A stretch of DNA of 64,000 bases, taken from contig CDMY01000335.1 of NCBI GenBank assembly GCA_001179505.1, positions 51,770 through 115,769 of the forward strand. The letters run 5' to 3'. The position numbers and the translations under genes are program-made. This DNA is from Vitrella brassicaformis CCMP3155. Taxonomy: Eukaryota > Protista > Chromerida. Below the pieces are notes generated by a model, which saw only the letters and a list, made by a program, of their open reading frames with translations, made no database searches and was not told where the DNA came from. Shown here piece by piece: positions 12,194 to 24,378 of the stretch; the first letter of the stretch is position 1; each line of letters begins with the position of its first letter.

Positions 12194-14361
12194 TTTCTGG
12201 GTGCGGTGCGAGCCTACGGTTGTCCCTTTGCAGGTCGATGAGCAGGTCGGGGTTGACAGAAATGTACGCGTGGCGCTTGTTTTTCGTGAGACCCTACACA
12301 CATTCGCGACCCACACAGACAGACAGACAGACACACATGGCATGGTGCCAAAGAGTGCGTGTGTGTGGTGCGTGCCTGCTTCTGGTTGATGTGGCCCACG
12401 AACGCAGTCAGCACCCGGCCCTGCCAACCCATGCGACACATACAGATGGATGGATGGATGGACGAGCATGGTTTCTGCCGGCTTGTCGCAGGTGTATGTG
12501 TGTGTGCGACCTTGCCACTGCCGGTTCCGTCGCCCAGACAGTACCCTCCTCGCATGCACGAGCCCAAGATCTACGTCGCAACAAGGGCATCTATATGGCT
12601 GCCTGCGTTGGTTGAATGTGGTCGTGTGTGGGAGCGGGGAGGGGGTACCTACCTTGTCTGAGCAGCGGGATGCCTGGATGAGGGACTCCAGTTGGATGCT
12701 CGACAACCTGATGCACACAAGGCAACAGTCACACACAAGATGGATGGATGGATGGATCGGTTTGTGTGTATGAGTATGTGTGTGTTACAGGCCGTGCTCG
12801 ATGACAAATCTGCAGACGATGCCACCACCACCACCGCCAGAAGCGTCAACGCATACACAACACCAACACAGCAGAGCACAGCGAGGGGTGGGTGGTTAAG
12901 AGCACGGTGCTGTACATCCCTCCCTCCCCCGGCCACACCGGCCACAAACTAACACCCTTTGGTATGTAGAGCTTCTGCCCGTGTCGGAGAGGTGGCAAAG
13001 ACACCGCATGGATCGTGGTCGACTGACAGACATGTCAGTCAGTCACAGTCACACACGCGTGGCGTGTGTATTCTGGATCGATACCTACGTCACGTGGGTG
13101 CGTGAGTGCGATAGATACCTCTGCAAGTGTCGCAGGGTGCGGGTGGGCCTCAAATTTGATGAGTGACGACCTTTTCACGGCCTTCATCACACCATTTGCA
13201 CCTGCACCTGCACCTGCACCACCATCGCCATCGCCATCATCCCCACCAACCTGACACAAACACAGCAGGTACGCCTACACTGCCCCATCTGACTGTGTGA
13301 GCGTATGTATGTGTGTGTGTGTGTGCGGGGCGGCGTGGTGTGGTTACGTGTGCGTCATTGTCGTCGTCTGAGCTCTGGTCGAGTGCGTGTGGCAGCAGGA
13401 AGGGCTGGATGGGGTTCTTGTGGGCCTCGTTCCAGTTCTTGGGCAGACCACTGAGCGGGTCGGGCACACGACCACCACGAGGACCACCACTAGGACCACC
13501 ACCAGCCGCTGAGTCGACGGGAACAGCACATAGCAACCAGCACACAACAGGTAACTAACACGCAGAGAGAGTGTGGGGTGCGTCCTGTGACTCGTGTGGT
13601 CACGTCGTATGCGCACCTGCCGCTGCAGCATAAGGGTGGGCGTCGTCATCGCCGACCAACTCTCTCCCTCCCTGCCTCCCCTCTCTGTGTCGTGGGTATC
13701 CCCCCTCCCCCCATCCCATCCCCCCAGCCCACCCGTCGTTGAGCCACTCGTCGTCATTATCGCCGTCGTCATCGTCATCGTCATCCTTCTCCACCACATA
13801 CCTGACACACACAAACACATGGATGGACGGATGGATGGATGGGTGGACAGACATGCATCAATCGCCACTCCCGCCCGCCTCAACTCACCGCTTCCTGCGT
13901 GCCTTCCGCACACTCTCGCGAGGCGAGCGACGCACGCTGCGCCCACGCCCACGTCCACGCCCACGTCCACCAGAACCGACACCCGCATCGCCCCCTCCGG
14001 CCGCTGCTACAGCTACAGCTACACCATGCCGATCCCTGCCGCACGTCATCTCGTCGTCATCCGACTCCCCCTGGTAGGTCGCCAACTCCGCCGCCCGCGC
14101 CACCTCCTCATCGGCCATCTCCCTCATCATGCCAGCCATCTCGAGCTCGTCGTCGGCATCGAACAAACCATTGTCGGCGGCGGCAGGTTCGCCCTTGACA
14201 ACGGGCTTCTTGACGGCCCATGCAGGGGGCGGCTTGGCTGCTGCGCCACGGCTGGTGAGCAGAACTGGTGTGGCTAGATCGTCAGCCGGCGAGAGCCCCC
14301 CCTCCTTGACTTGCTCCGCCCCGGGCGAGTCGCCAAGATCAGGTGGCCCGCTCCCCTCCAT
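3118..14361 (-). CDS. SBNO: Strawberry notch-like helicase-related protein (AAA_34 plus Helicase_C_4 type domains), many exons, with an extra C-terminal region
   Basis: Spliced motifs [12 protein letters not shown] (~12530), [10 protein letters not shown] (~11560), [17 protein letters not shown] (~9700), [10 protein letters not shown] (~9000), VAELTGR (~8850), [29 protein letters not shown] (~8180), FMNRLL (~6910), HILSG (~5270). ATG at 14361 opens an acidic N-terminal exon; last exon ends ..LADVWGG* at 3118. One N gap inside; exon boundaries approximate. Confidence 0.92.
10639..10938. other. Assembly gap (300 N) beside a G run; similar gaps at 14544-14843, 30445-30744 and 61522-61821
   Basis: All four gaps are exactly 300 N and abut G or C runs, so they are fixed-size placeholders. 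Confidence 0.97.
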
Positions 14362-15017
14362 CAGCTCTCACATTCGAGCAGGAGAGCAGATCCACTCCCA
14401 AATGACGACAGGACGGCTGAGGCGACAGAGAACGACAGAGGGAGTGCTGTTCAAGAGGGCACACACAAAACCAGAGCCTCGTGGAATCGGGGAGGCGCAA
14501 ATGACGTTCTGGAATTGAGCTCGAGCGCGAGCTTAGCTTGCAGNNNNNNNNNNNNNNNNNNNNNNNNNNNNNNNNNNNNNNNNNNNNNNNNNNNNNNNNN
14601 NNNNNNNNNNNNNNNNNNNNNNNNNNNNNNNNNNNNNNNNNNNNNNNNNNNNNNNNNNNNNNNNNNNNNNNNNNNNNNNNNNNNNNNNNNNNNNNNNNNN
14701 NNNNNNNNNNNNNNNNNNNNNNNNNNNNNNNNNNNNNNNNNNNNNNNNNNNNNNNNNNNNNNNNNNNNNNNNNNNNNNNNNNNNNNNNNNNNNNNNNNNN
14801 NNNNNNNNNNNNNNNNNNNNNNNNNNNNNNNNNNNNNNNNNNNCCCCCCTCCCCTGACGAGCCGCTATGTCTGGTCGCGACTACGTCGGAGTGCCGCCAA
14901 ACGTCCAAACCGACTCGTCACGCCTGTACGAGAACGGGAAAGAAGATTGAATTTCATGAATTATCAGAGCCACCATGATCATCTCACCATTGCTTTGTGA
15001 CCATCATGCGAATGCAG

Positions 15018-18000
15018 GCCTCCCGGCCTCCTGGGGAGCTCCAGAACGGGTTCGGCGAGGGAGTATTACGGCGGCTTGTCCTCTGAGCACGTGTGGCTGG
15101 ATGTCGTGGGCAAGGACGGCAAGGACACAAAGGAGGCAAAGGACGCAAAGGAGGCTGGGCTGGATGGAAAGGGGCAGGACAAGGATGCCAACACCGACAC
15201 CAAGGAGGTACGTAGGTGAGGTGCAAGCCAGATTGACATCCTCGTCCATACATCGTCGATTCACATGTGTGCATGGCATTGGCTGCAGCGTCGAGATTCC
15301 CTGCAGCTGTTGCTGCGTCTGCAGTCGCTGCTGCCGCACTTCTCGCCCAAGGACACCAGCGGTGCCGACGCACTCACGCCAGAGGCCCGCGAGGAGATCA
15401 TCCGGCAGCTGCTGCACGAGGCCTGCTGCGAGTTTGAAGTGGCTCTCAAGTCAGAGACGGTCTCAGGTACGGAATGATGAACAGGACACAGACGGACACT
15501 CTTGGTGCCTGCCTACCTTACCTGCTGCTGATGGTTGCGCGTGGACGTGCAGTGATTTTGTCGGTTCTGGACCGATACGTCGGGCAGATTAGCGTGCCCA
15601 GGGAGGAGGGAGACGCTGAAGGACGAGAGCAGGCACAAGACCAGGAGTGGGAGGGAGATGCCGATGTCGCCGATGACGAGTCGCCGACGGCCGACAGAAC
15701 CGAGGCCCTGCGGGAGCTGGGCAGCAATTTGCTGCAATTTCGCCACGGCGGCACCACCCCCAGCGCCCCGCAGCCGTCAAGCAGGCTCATCAGACAGCTT
15801 TCGATGCGGCAGCATTCGACGCTGAAGGGCGACATCGACAGCCCGCGTCGTCTGCCAACCATGTCGCCACTGGACGAGGGGAGGCAGGACGACAGCTGGC
15901 AAGAAAAACAGCAGCGGCGGGCCTCCCAGGCTCAGCAGCGTGCATCCGGGGAAGGCTCAAAGGTGTCCAAAGCAGGGGGCGGTGACGAGCTGACGGCCTG
16001 GGAACTGTCCTCGTGGGTCGGCCATAATCAGGTGCGTAGTGTCTCCAACCCACACCCACACCCACACCCACACACATTCATTTAAGCTTATATGCGCTTG
16101 TGTGTGTGCGTGTGTGTGTGTGTGTGTATCTGTGCATCTAGCGTGGTGAGGTGTTTGTGAAGCTCTCCCTGACCGTTCTCTCCACCGCAGCGTTGGTGGG
16201 GTACGGCCCCTACTTCCTGACCCAGCCGAAGAAGATGGAGATGTTCGGGCTGGGGCTCTTCTTCGCTCGCGGTGCCGCCATGGCCCTGATGATACTCTCA
16301 GGCATACTCGTCATCACCATGTGCAGGGGGGTCCTCACGGCATTTCGATGCACATGGCTCGGGCGGCGGTGTGCCGTGCTGCTCGATATGCACAGGGAGT
16401 TCCACATATTCGCAGGGGAGCTGATTGTGGTCTTCACCGTCATCCATGTGGCCGCACATACCGGGGGGACGGTGCCGAGTCTGTCGAGCACGACTGACAC
16501 GGATGGGCTGAATGAGGCCATCAACAATGGCAAGTTCGACGAGCCCCCGAGCTACCTTGACCTGGTTCTCAGCTTACCGGGGTGGACCGGTCAGCGTGTG
16601 GATTATCTGTGGGAGAGACAGAGACAGGAGCCTCCATTCATCGCTTGTTCGTTTGTGTGTCCCTCGCTTTGGGGGTGTAGGTGTGGTGCTCACCTTGATC
16701 ATTGTGGCGATGACGGTGACTTCCCTGCCATCGGTGCGGCACAAATATTTTGAAGTCTTCTGGTCAGATTTTTTCGAAGTGCGGCACAAGCGTTTTCGAC
16801 ACACACTGTCGCTCACGACATTTGATTCCTTCTTGGCCGCCAGGTACCCCCATGCCGTACTCATCTGGGTCTATGTAAGTCGCCTGCACACACACACGCA
16901 CACACACACGAATGGCGGTGCTACGCGGCGGCCAAGTGACCAGTCAGTCCTCCTGTGCGTGCCTTTGTGTGCGGCAGTTCATCTTCATGTGTCTCCATGG
17001 CATGATTGGGTTTCTGAACTGGGGGTGGCCACTTAGCTTAGTCATCATGGGGCCGGCCATGTGCTGCTACCTGGGGGAGAGGCTGTTGCGCCAGTGGCGC
17101 TACTTTACGTGGGACGTGCGAGTCAAGTGGGCACTGGTACGCACACACACAGAGAGGGGGGGAGAGAGATGGAGAGATTAGCCAAGAATGAGATCGACGG
17201 GCGGAGAAATGGCTGGCCGGATGGACTGAAATGGTGTGTGAGGTGTGTGGTGTGACAGGTGCCGAAGGATGAGACAGTGGTTTTCCTGACACTCTTCAAG
17301 CCAAGACAATTCTCCTACAAGTGCGGACAAGTATGGGACGAGGCAGGCCTACCCACATAAGGACACACACGGGAGAGATGGAGTGCGTGTGTGCGCGTGC
17401 GCGTCTGTGCGCAGGTGGTGTGGATGTCCTGCCCTGCGATCAGCTGGTTCGAGTGGCACCCCATGAGTATCTGCAGCCACCCACAGACACACGACAGCAT
17501 CAGACTCATGATAGGCAACGCGGGCGACTGGACTGACAGAGTACATAACACACAACACACAGCAAACCACCAACCAGCACACCTCTCTCTCTCTAGCCAA
17601 CAATCTGATCTGCACCCGAGAGACAATAAGTACACATATGCGCCCGTTGTCCGTCGTGTGTGTAGTTCATCTCTCTGTGCCACGAGGCCAACCTTGCGGT
17701 GACCGAGGAGCGAGGGCAGTTCGGTGCGCCCGTCCCCTTCTACCCCCCAGTGCGTCTCGACGGTCCATACGGTAGGGTTGCCTTTACGTCTCCCACGCAA
17801 GAAAGATCAAGAACAGCCTTGTTCTTACTTGTCCATGTCCATCAAGGCGCCCCCGCTCAGTTCAGTGTGTACCAGGTAAGCAGCCACATGTCTCAGCTAG
17901 TCAAGCGTCTCATCTGTATCAAATGTCTCACTCACAAACCAGGAGAACGTCGTCTTTGTGGGAGCCGGCACAGGCATCGCTGCTTTCCTCGGATTCTTGC

Positions 18001-19034
18001 ACGCCCAGGTGCTGCAGACATACACACACACACACGCACAGACATGCACTCGACTCGAGCTCGTGGATGGATGGATGGATGCAGTTCAGCCGCGAGTTGA
18101 GCGACCACTTCGAGATCACTGAGCACGGGACGCCGGTCCGGGCCGACCCACACAAACGCAAGTTTCGCAAAGCGCACTTCTTCTGGATCTCAAGGAAGCC
18201 CACGGGCATGGTAAGTAAGCTGGTGGTCGGATGTATGTGGACCACTCACATGGCTAGGGTGGCTGCGATGCAGGCGTGGATAGCCGAGGAGGCGGTCAAG
18301 TTGGTGGAGGACCCGCAGATCTCCTCACACGTGACCCTCCACATCTGCCTGACAGCCAAGAAGCCCCCGCCGCCCCCGCACATCAAGCTCTTCCTGCTCG
18401 GCATGCAAGCGGCCTCAAGGGAGATCACCGGCAATGGCAGAGGCAGCACGGCGTCGCTGCGGGGCAGCGGATCACCCCTCTTGCACGCCAAGAACAGCAA
18501 ACCGACAGGACCACCCGCACCAGCAGCAACGGGGAAGGAGACATCAGCTGCTGGTGGTGGGGGTGCAGAAAAGGGTCGTCGTCCGTCTCAGGATGAGGCT
18601 GCGACAAAGATACAGGCGCTCGTGAGGGCACACCGGGCGAGACGTGACGTGGTCAGTCAATCAGTAGAAGGACACATTCTTTCAGAATGCCCATTTGTCT
18701 ATGCCTGTCTGCCTGCCTGCCTGCCTGCCTGTCTGTTCAGCTTGCCGACCCGCCGCTGCACGTCAAGTTCGGCCGGCCACAGTTCGGTAAGTCAGAGAGA
18801 GCAGTCAGGGAGGGAGACAGACGTTCACCTCCCACGTCACACGGGCGGCCATCGATCCATGTGTGTCTTGCCCCAGACGTGGAGTTTAGGAAGGTTTGTC
18901 GCGCTGTGAGCCCCCAGGCGGTGAAGATATTCGCCTGTGCCGGCGAGTCGGTGTGTGAGGCCATGGCGGACACCTGCATTCGGCTCAGAAAGGAGGGTTT
19001 CACAATCGAGATGATTACCGAGAGCTTTGGGTGA
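15018..19034 (+). CDS. NOX: NADPH oxidase / ferric reductase family flavocytochrome with an IQ motif in the dehydrogenase domain; 5' end uncertain
   Basis: FARGAA in TM2; heme His pairs FHIFAGELIVVFTVIH and (spliced) FWYPHAVLIWVYFIFMCLHG; FAD site FEWHPMSICS; VRLDGPYG; NADPH site VVFVGAGTGIA; FFWISR; VKFGRPQF; IFACAG; terminal ITESFG*. Canonical GT-AG introns. No EF-hand seen in the N-terminal exons. Confidence 0.92.
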
Positions 19035-19283
19035 GTCCTTCCCCTCCTCTCCTGATGCATGTATGTGATTGCTGTGGGTTGAGTATGCGCTATGATATGG
19101 GTGTGTTTCTATATGTCAGTGTGTCCCTTTCTCTCTGTATGCTCGCTCATTAGTAGCTATAGGACCGAGTGAAGTGCTTTCCGGATGACGATGGATCGAC
19201 CACGTCGCTCAGCCAGCATCTCTCAGGGCAAATGGTGTCCGGGTGTCGGCATATGAAAAGACAATCAGCCACGCAACGGCAGC

Positions 19284-20930
19284 CGATCATGTATGAATGA
19301 GAATTTTCATAGATGCGTGCATGACATTTGTCACTCTTTGATGGTCGCTTCTATATGTGTCTCTCGATCCGTCCATGTATTGTCTCACTGTCTGGTCTTC
19401 CATCCATGAATCCGTCATCCATGCATGTGCAGACGGACCACGCATGCAGCCAGCCAGGCAGGTAGGTAGTCGAAAGAGAAGGCAGTCGAAAGAGCAAGGG
19501 AGTGCTGGGAGTGTAGGCAAAACCGCCAACACCTACACCCCACAGCCCAGCCTGTGGTGCGGCAGATCACTGCCTATTGGCGGCACACCAACAGACTGGG
19601 CAGCCAGCGAGATCAGACAGACAGACAAAGAGACAGACATTCCCCGTGGGCCCACCATTATGAAATGAAAAGGAAATAGGGTGTCTCGGCCGGTCCCGGT
19701 GGATGCGAGCGACTCTGCTTGAGCGTGTTGCCTTGGAATCAATTCACCCGCTGCAATCTGACGCCCATCTTTCCTGCAGCAAACAAAACGCGCAGAAGCC
19801 ATTATATATATTTCAGTCTCAGTTGGAGAGTGTAGTATGTATATTTTTCGAAGCGTGAGTCATACCGTAGATGTTGAAATACACTGCCTGCGTGAGTCGG
19901 AGTCCTGCCTCTTCAGTGAGCTTGATGAAATACTTGAATAGCTCAAATTTGCCCTTACTGTCCTCGTCCCAGCAGATACCCTGCCCTTGCAAGCACATCG
20001 TGTTCTCCAGTTGCGCACCGCAGCTGCATGCTTTGCCTTTGAAAAAACCCTGAAGACACAAACCACCGGCCGAATGATTACAAATAGAAAGACGTATCTC
20101 GTTCATCCAGTGCTCACATACCGGCACGTTGTTGACGATAAGTATACCGCCCTGATAACATTAGACATTGATGTTACACATATACACACACACACACAGA
20201 GACACACACACACAGAGCGAGAGAGAGATGGAGAAGCATGCTAAATGGAACCACTTGATGGAAAGAAAGGCAGATTATTGCCGGAAGGGCTATGGTAATT
20301 TACCGGCGCCAGCAGGGACTTTATGTTTTGCCAGAATGAGGTAATGATGTTCCACTGTGGTAGCACCTTTTTCTGCACTTCCGAGAGGGTCACGTTCCTG
20401 TTCACAAAGATGTTCCAAAAGATGGTCTACCAACAATATACGAGTGCAGAAAAAAGAACAAGTACACAAGTGCAATATCTTTTACCCCTCATTGGTTTCC
20501 CACCTGAGGGCAATACACGAGTACGATTGTCTTGAAGTGGTTGAGTGGCAGCCCGAGTGAAGAATGGGCAGAATACAGCTGCATGCATGAACTCATTCGT
20601 GACAGAGAGATACCTAGTGAGTGAGTGGGTGCTATTCCTAAGTATCCGTTACCTGTTGAGTATCAGTGAGGTCGAGCTGCCAGTAGTGGGGCTTGATGGG
20701 ACTTTTCGCGAGTTTAGACCAGGGAAACGGATGGTATCCCGCGCCGTATCGAGATATGTCCCAGTCCCGAGCCTCCTCGACGATGTGGTGGTCTGCTGTC
20801 TCAAACTCCACCACTTCCTCGTTGTTGCGGTATCCGCTGAAGCTACGCGGCAGCTCCACACCACGCTCGTAATCGATGAACGCAAACGAGCCCATAACCG
20901 CGTCAAGAGTCCTGTTAGACAACGCAACAA
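19284..20930. repeat. Inverted duplicate of 1-1910 (exons, introns and ~400 bp of 3' flank)
   Basis: The reverse complement matches 1-~508 and ~1090-1910 at roughly 80-90% by eye; homology ends at catgatcggc (1910 / 19284). Confidence 0.92.
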
Positions 20931-21070
20931 AAACGTGTGCAGTGCATGCATGCATATGTCAGAGGCACACTGGACGTGCACATGCAGACCATTCTGAGGG
21001 TGGCACCGACTCCTGGAAGAGGAAGGGCAGCTCCGCGTCCCTTTTGAGTCCGTGAGTAGGGGCGTGGCAT
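19739..21070 (-). CDS. Putative class I SAM-dependent methyltransferase-like protein (apparently intact copy); start not resolved
   Basis: Splice-consistent exons give GCHAPTHGLKRDAELPFLFQESVPPSEW-TLDAVMGSFAFIDYE..-LYSAHSSLGLPLNHFKTIVLVYCPQ-TIFWNIF..FWQNIKSLLAP-GGILIVNN..YFNIY-GKMGVRLQRVN*. FIDYE, FKTIVLVYCP and IKSLLAPGGILIV resemble Rossmann MTase motifs II, IV and VI. Confidence 0.55.
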
Positions 21071-21645
21071 CCTGCATTCATGATGGCCACCAAAAGCATT
21101 GCATGCATGCAACACGAAGATGATGCGATGCCTGGGCCGCCTGGCTGTTTGCTCGCCCACCGAGGAGAACATCAGGGACAGCAGTACGCCTCTGGAGGAA
21201 GCCGCGGCTGGCGTCGGCAACAGACATTGTGGCGCCAGCCCAGAGTCACCGGGAGGCAGCTCAGCAACGGCAGCAGATGGAAGGCAGCCAAAACAACACA
21301 CGGACGGGGCGACATGATGATAAAGGCTGTTTGACTGAAAGAGTGGGGGCTGGCTGTCGGATGTTTGCTTTTCACGGATTCCCTACACTTTTGACCCTGT
21401 CGTAGCGAGACTCTTTCGGACAGCCAGGCGGTCGGTTTTCGGCAGCGCCGAGCGCCTGCGTGAGCTCCTCAACTCGCCCAGCTGATCGAGCGGGAAGGTA
21501 CGATGAATCAAGGAAAAGAGCAGCAGAGATCTGCATCCATCCATCGTGTGTGTGCGGCTGGGCTGTCTATGTCCGTCGGGGTTCCCCTGTTCGTTTGTCA
21601 GCGGCTTCTCAGTGTCTGGTGCACGTTCATTCCCCGACGTGCAGA

Positions 21646-22327
21646 TGCTGGCCTACTCTGAGATGCTGGACGGCTGCCAAGCCATCACAGAGGCCGTCAC
21701 AAGTGTGTCGCTGATGGCGACACCAGATATGGTAAGCACTGCAGGCGGCCATCTGCACACACGACACGCACATTGTGTTGTGTCGGTCCAACAGGCAATG
21801 CGGTCAACGTCAAGAGGACGGTGCAGGTGGCACCCACGAAGTGCGGCTACACTGCCGGCAAGGAGGCCACCCCACTGAAGACGCCTGCGTGCGCGTCAAG
21901 GCCGCCATAGACGCGCGGTGCGCTCGGCCACACCGCAGCCATTGCGTGCAGTCTCTCACATGTCATGTCCTTGGTGTGGATGTCTGTGTGTGTCAGGAGT
22001 GAGGGCGCTGACATCTGCAGCCTGGCCCGCACCGACGCGCGGGCGTCCCTCGGGTGAGAGAGATGCGAGAGGGAGGAGAGAAGAGAGTCGACAAGCATTC
22101 AAGAAACAACTATCGTGTGGGTGTGGGTGGGTGTATGGGTGCAGGCTCGACGAGGCTATCCGCCGCTGCCAGGCTGTCCACGCAATGAATGGGTGCTGAC
22201 ATCGCATCGCATCGCATTCCTGGAGGCACCACGGACCGTCGAAGAGATGCGACGCTACTGCAGGTACCCCTCCACCCACCCACCAACCAACCCGCCCCCA
22301 AGCCCGCAGAGACGCATGTGTGTCCCT

Positions 22328-22358
<31 letters not shown>

Positions 22359-23260
22359 ATGTATGTGTGGATCACCCGGCCAGTGAGGTGGGCGGTCCGA
22401 AGAATGGAATAAACGGAATGTATGGCGTTCGTCGCCATTGTCATTCATCAATCCAAGGGTGCGGCGGTCCTCCGACACGACGCCGTTCCTGGCGGTGCGG
22501 TGCAGGAGCTCGAGGAGGTGGGGCAGTACAACCTGGTGTCATCTACTCGACGTCGCTCGTGTCGACCTCCATCAAGGCCGTCAAGGGCGTCCTCCCCCAC
22601 AATCTCCTTTTTCTCCGGCGGGTTCAACGAAGTACGCCGTGGCCTTCAAGCAGCACCACCAGCAGCAGCCTGAAGACGCCCACCGACTCTTGGTCCAACT
22701 CGCCCGACTCGAAGCACTTCGGCGCGACCAGTGCTCGTGTGGGCTCGATGGCCTCGACCATCGCCTCTGACGGGCAGCGTGCAATTCGACTGACTGAGCC
22801 ATTCCCACACATCCGCCACACACACGGATGGCGGGATGTGTGTTTAAGAAGAGTGGAGGGAGAGGAGGGATGGACTTTAGTCGATCGACTGACTGAACTG
22901 CACTTGCCGGTCGTATGTGTGCGTGTGTGCGTGTTTGTTCATTTTGCAAACGAAACGTGTGCTGTGTGTGCTGTGCCGTCGATCGAGACGGCCGCACGCA
23001 GGCAGGCAGGAAGGTCGTACCGTAGCACCGAACGTTGCAACAGCGTGCGCTCCTGTGATCGCTCTGCTCTGACTGGCCACGAGGTTGCCGGCCATATGTG
23101 TCTCACTCACATCACCCATACGTGGTCACCACAGCCGCCCACCGTCTCGTACGTGTTGTCCTTTACTTCCCGTGTCTCTGTAAATTGTACATCCGGGGGG
23201 GCATCCACAGCATCTCCCTGGTGCATGCGCGTGCGAGCGGTGAGAGGGAAGGTGGGCTAC
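21646..23260 (+). CDS. Probable multi-exon hypothetical protein gene; frame and extent unresolved
   Basis: Plus-strand donors and acceptors (gtaagc 21731, gtgaga 22053, gtaccc 22264) bound GC3-rich segments such as ARRGYPPLPGCPRNEW, APRTVEEMRRYC and KYAVAFKQHHQQQPEDAHRLLVQLARLE; no family recognised. Confidence 0.35.
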
Positions 23261-24378
23261 TCTGTCGGGTTGACGTTTGTATGTCCCGTGTGTGTGTCGA
23301 CGTCTGGGCACATGTGTGCGTATCACATGTGTCAGTGTGTGTTGATTGCCGCTGTCTGCCCTCTCCATCTCTCTCGGGTCGTGTTGGTTGACCATTGGCC
23401 ATGGCCATGGGTGTGAGGTAAGGATGAGTGAATCATCAGCTGGAGGACCATCAGAGCATTAACAAATGCACACGCACACACCGATGCATGGATGGATGCG
23501 CACACAGAGGGGAAGGCCTGCCTGCAGCTGCTGCAGCAAAAGGTCTATGTCCACACTCATCCAACCACACACACGTACATTGATCGATCGATCGGCTCAT
23601 CAAGGAAGGAATGAGTCAATGAGCGCATGAAAACGGGGCCGGGAGGATCAGACAGACGTCGAAAAGGCCGACAAGCCACTCAGCCACCCCCCCTCCCTCC
23701 CTCCCTCCCTCCCTCCCTCTAAGCAGACGGACATGGCCCATAGAGTACAAAGAAACAACAAAACAACCACCAAGCCGACCAATGACTGCCGTGTATGGCC
23801 AAATGCCCCGACTCTACAGTCCAATGATACTGAGTGAGTGAGTGACACAGCAGCCCACCCACCCACCCACAGACAGACAGACAGACCACCGTAGCGTATG
23901 AGATGGATGGGTGGGTGGATGATGGATGGGGGGATGATTGAGTGAATTGGTGGGCACGCCACGCACACCGCACGCACCGCATTGGGGGGAAGGATGGCAG
24001 CCACCCACAGAGAGGCCAAAAAACCATACACACAGACATGCATGCATGTCGTCGACCGACCGACGGACCGGCCCACCACCTCCGCTCTGCGGACGCTCTG
24101 CGCTCTCTCTTCCCTTTAGCTATCGGCACACACACCACACAGTCTCCGGTCCGTCGTAAAAGGGGGGAAAAGGCTCTATTCTCGCTACGACCTACCTCCG
24201 ATCTCCTCACTCGCTCATTACCCATCGATCGGCATTCATCCATTCATCCACCCATCGAGCCAGCAAATCCACCCATGCACACGCCACATGCGATAGATAG
24301 GAAACAAACATGACCCACCCACCCACCCACCCACACACGGCACAGCAAGAGCCCCAGCAGCAGGAGGCACCCACTCAG

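Noticed and set aside
5400-13900. Numerous ORFs rich in HT/CV/DR dipeptides
   Set aside because: They are translations of (CA)n, (GT)n, (GACA)n and (GA)n intron microsatellites, which lack stop codons.
22380-22770. Possible divergent ApiAP2 domain (NGINGMVRR..KYAVAF..EDAHRLL)
   Set aside because: The match is too loose, the spacing needs a large insertion, and the frame is ambiguous.
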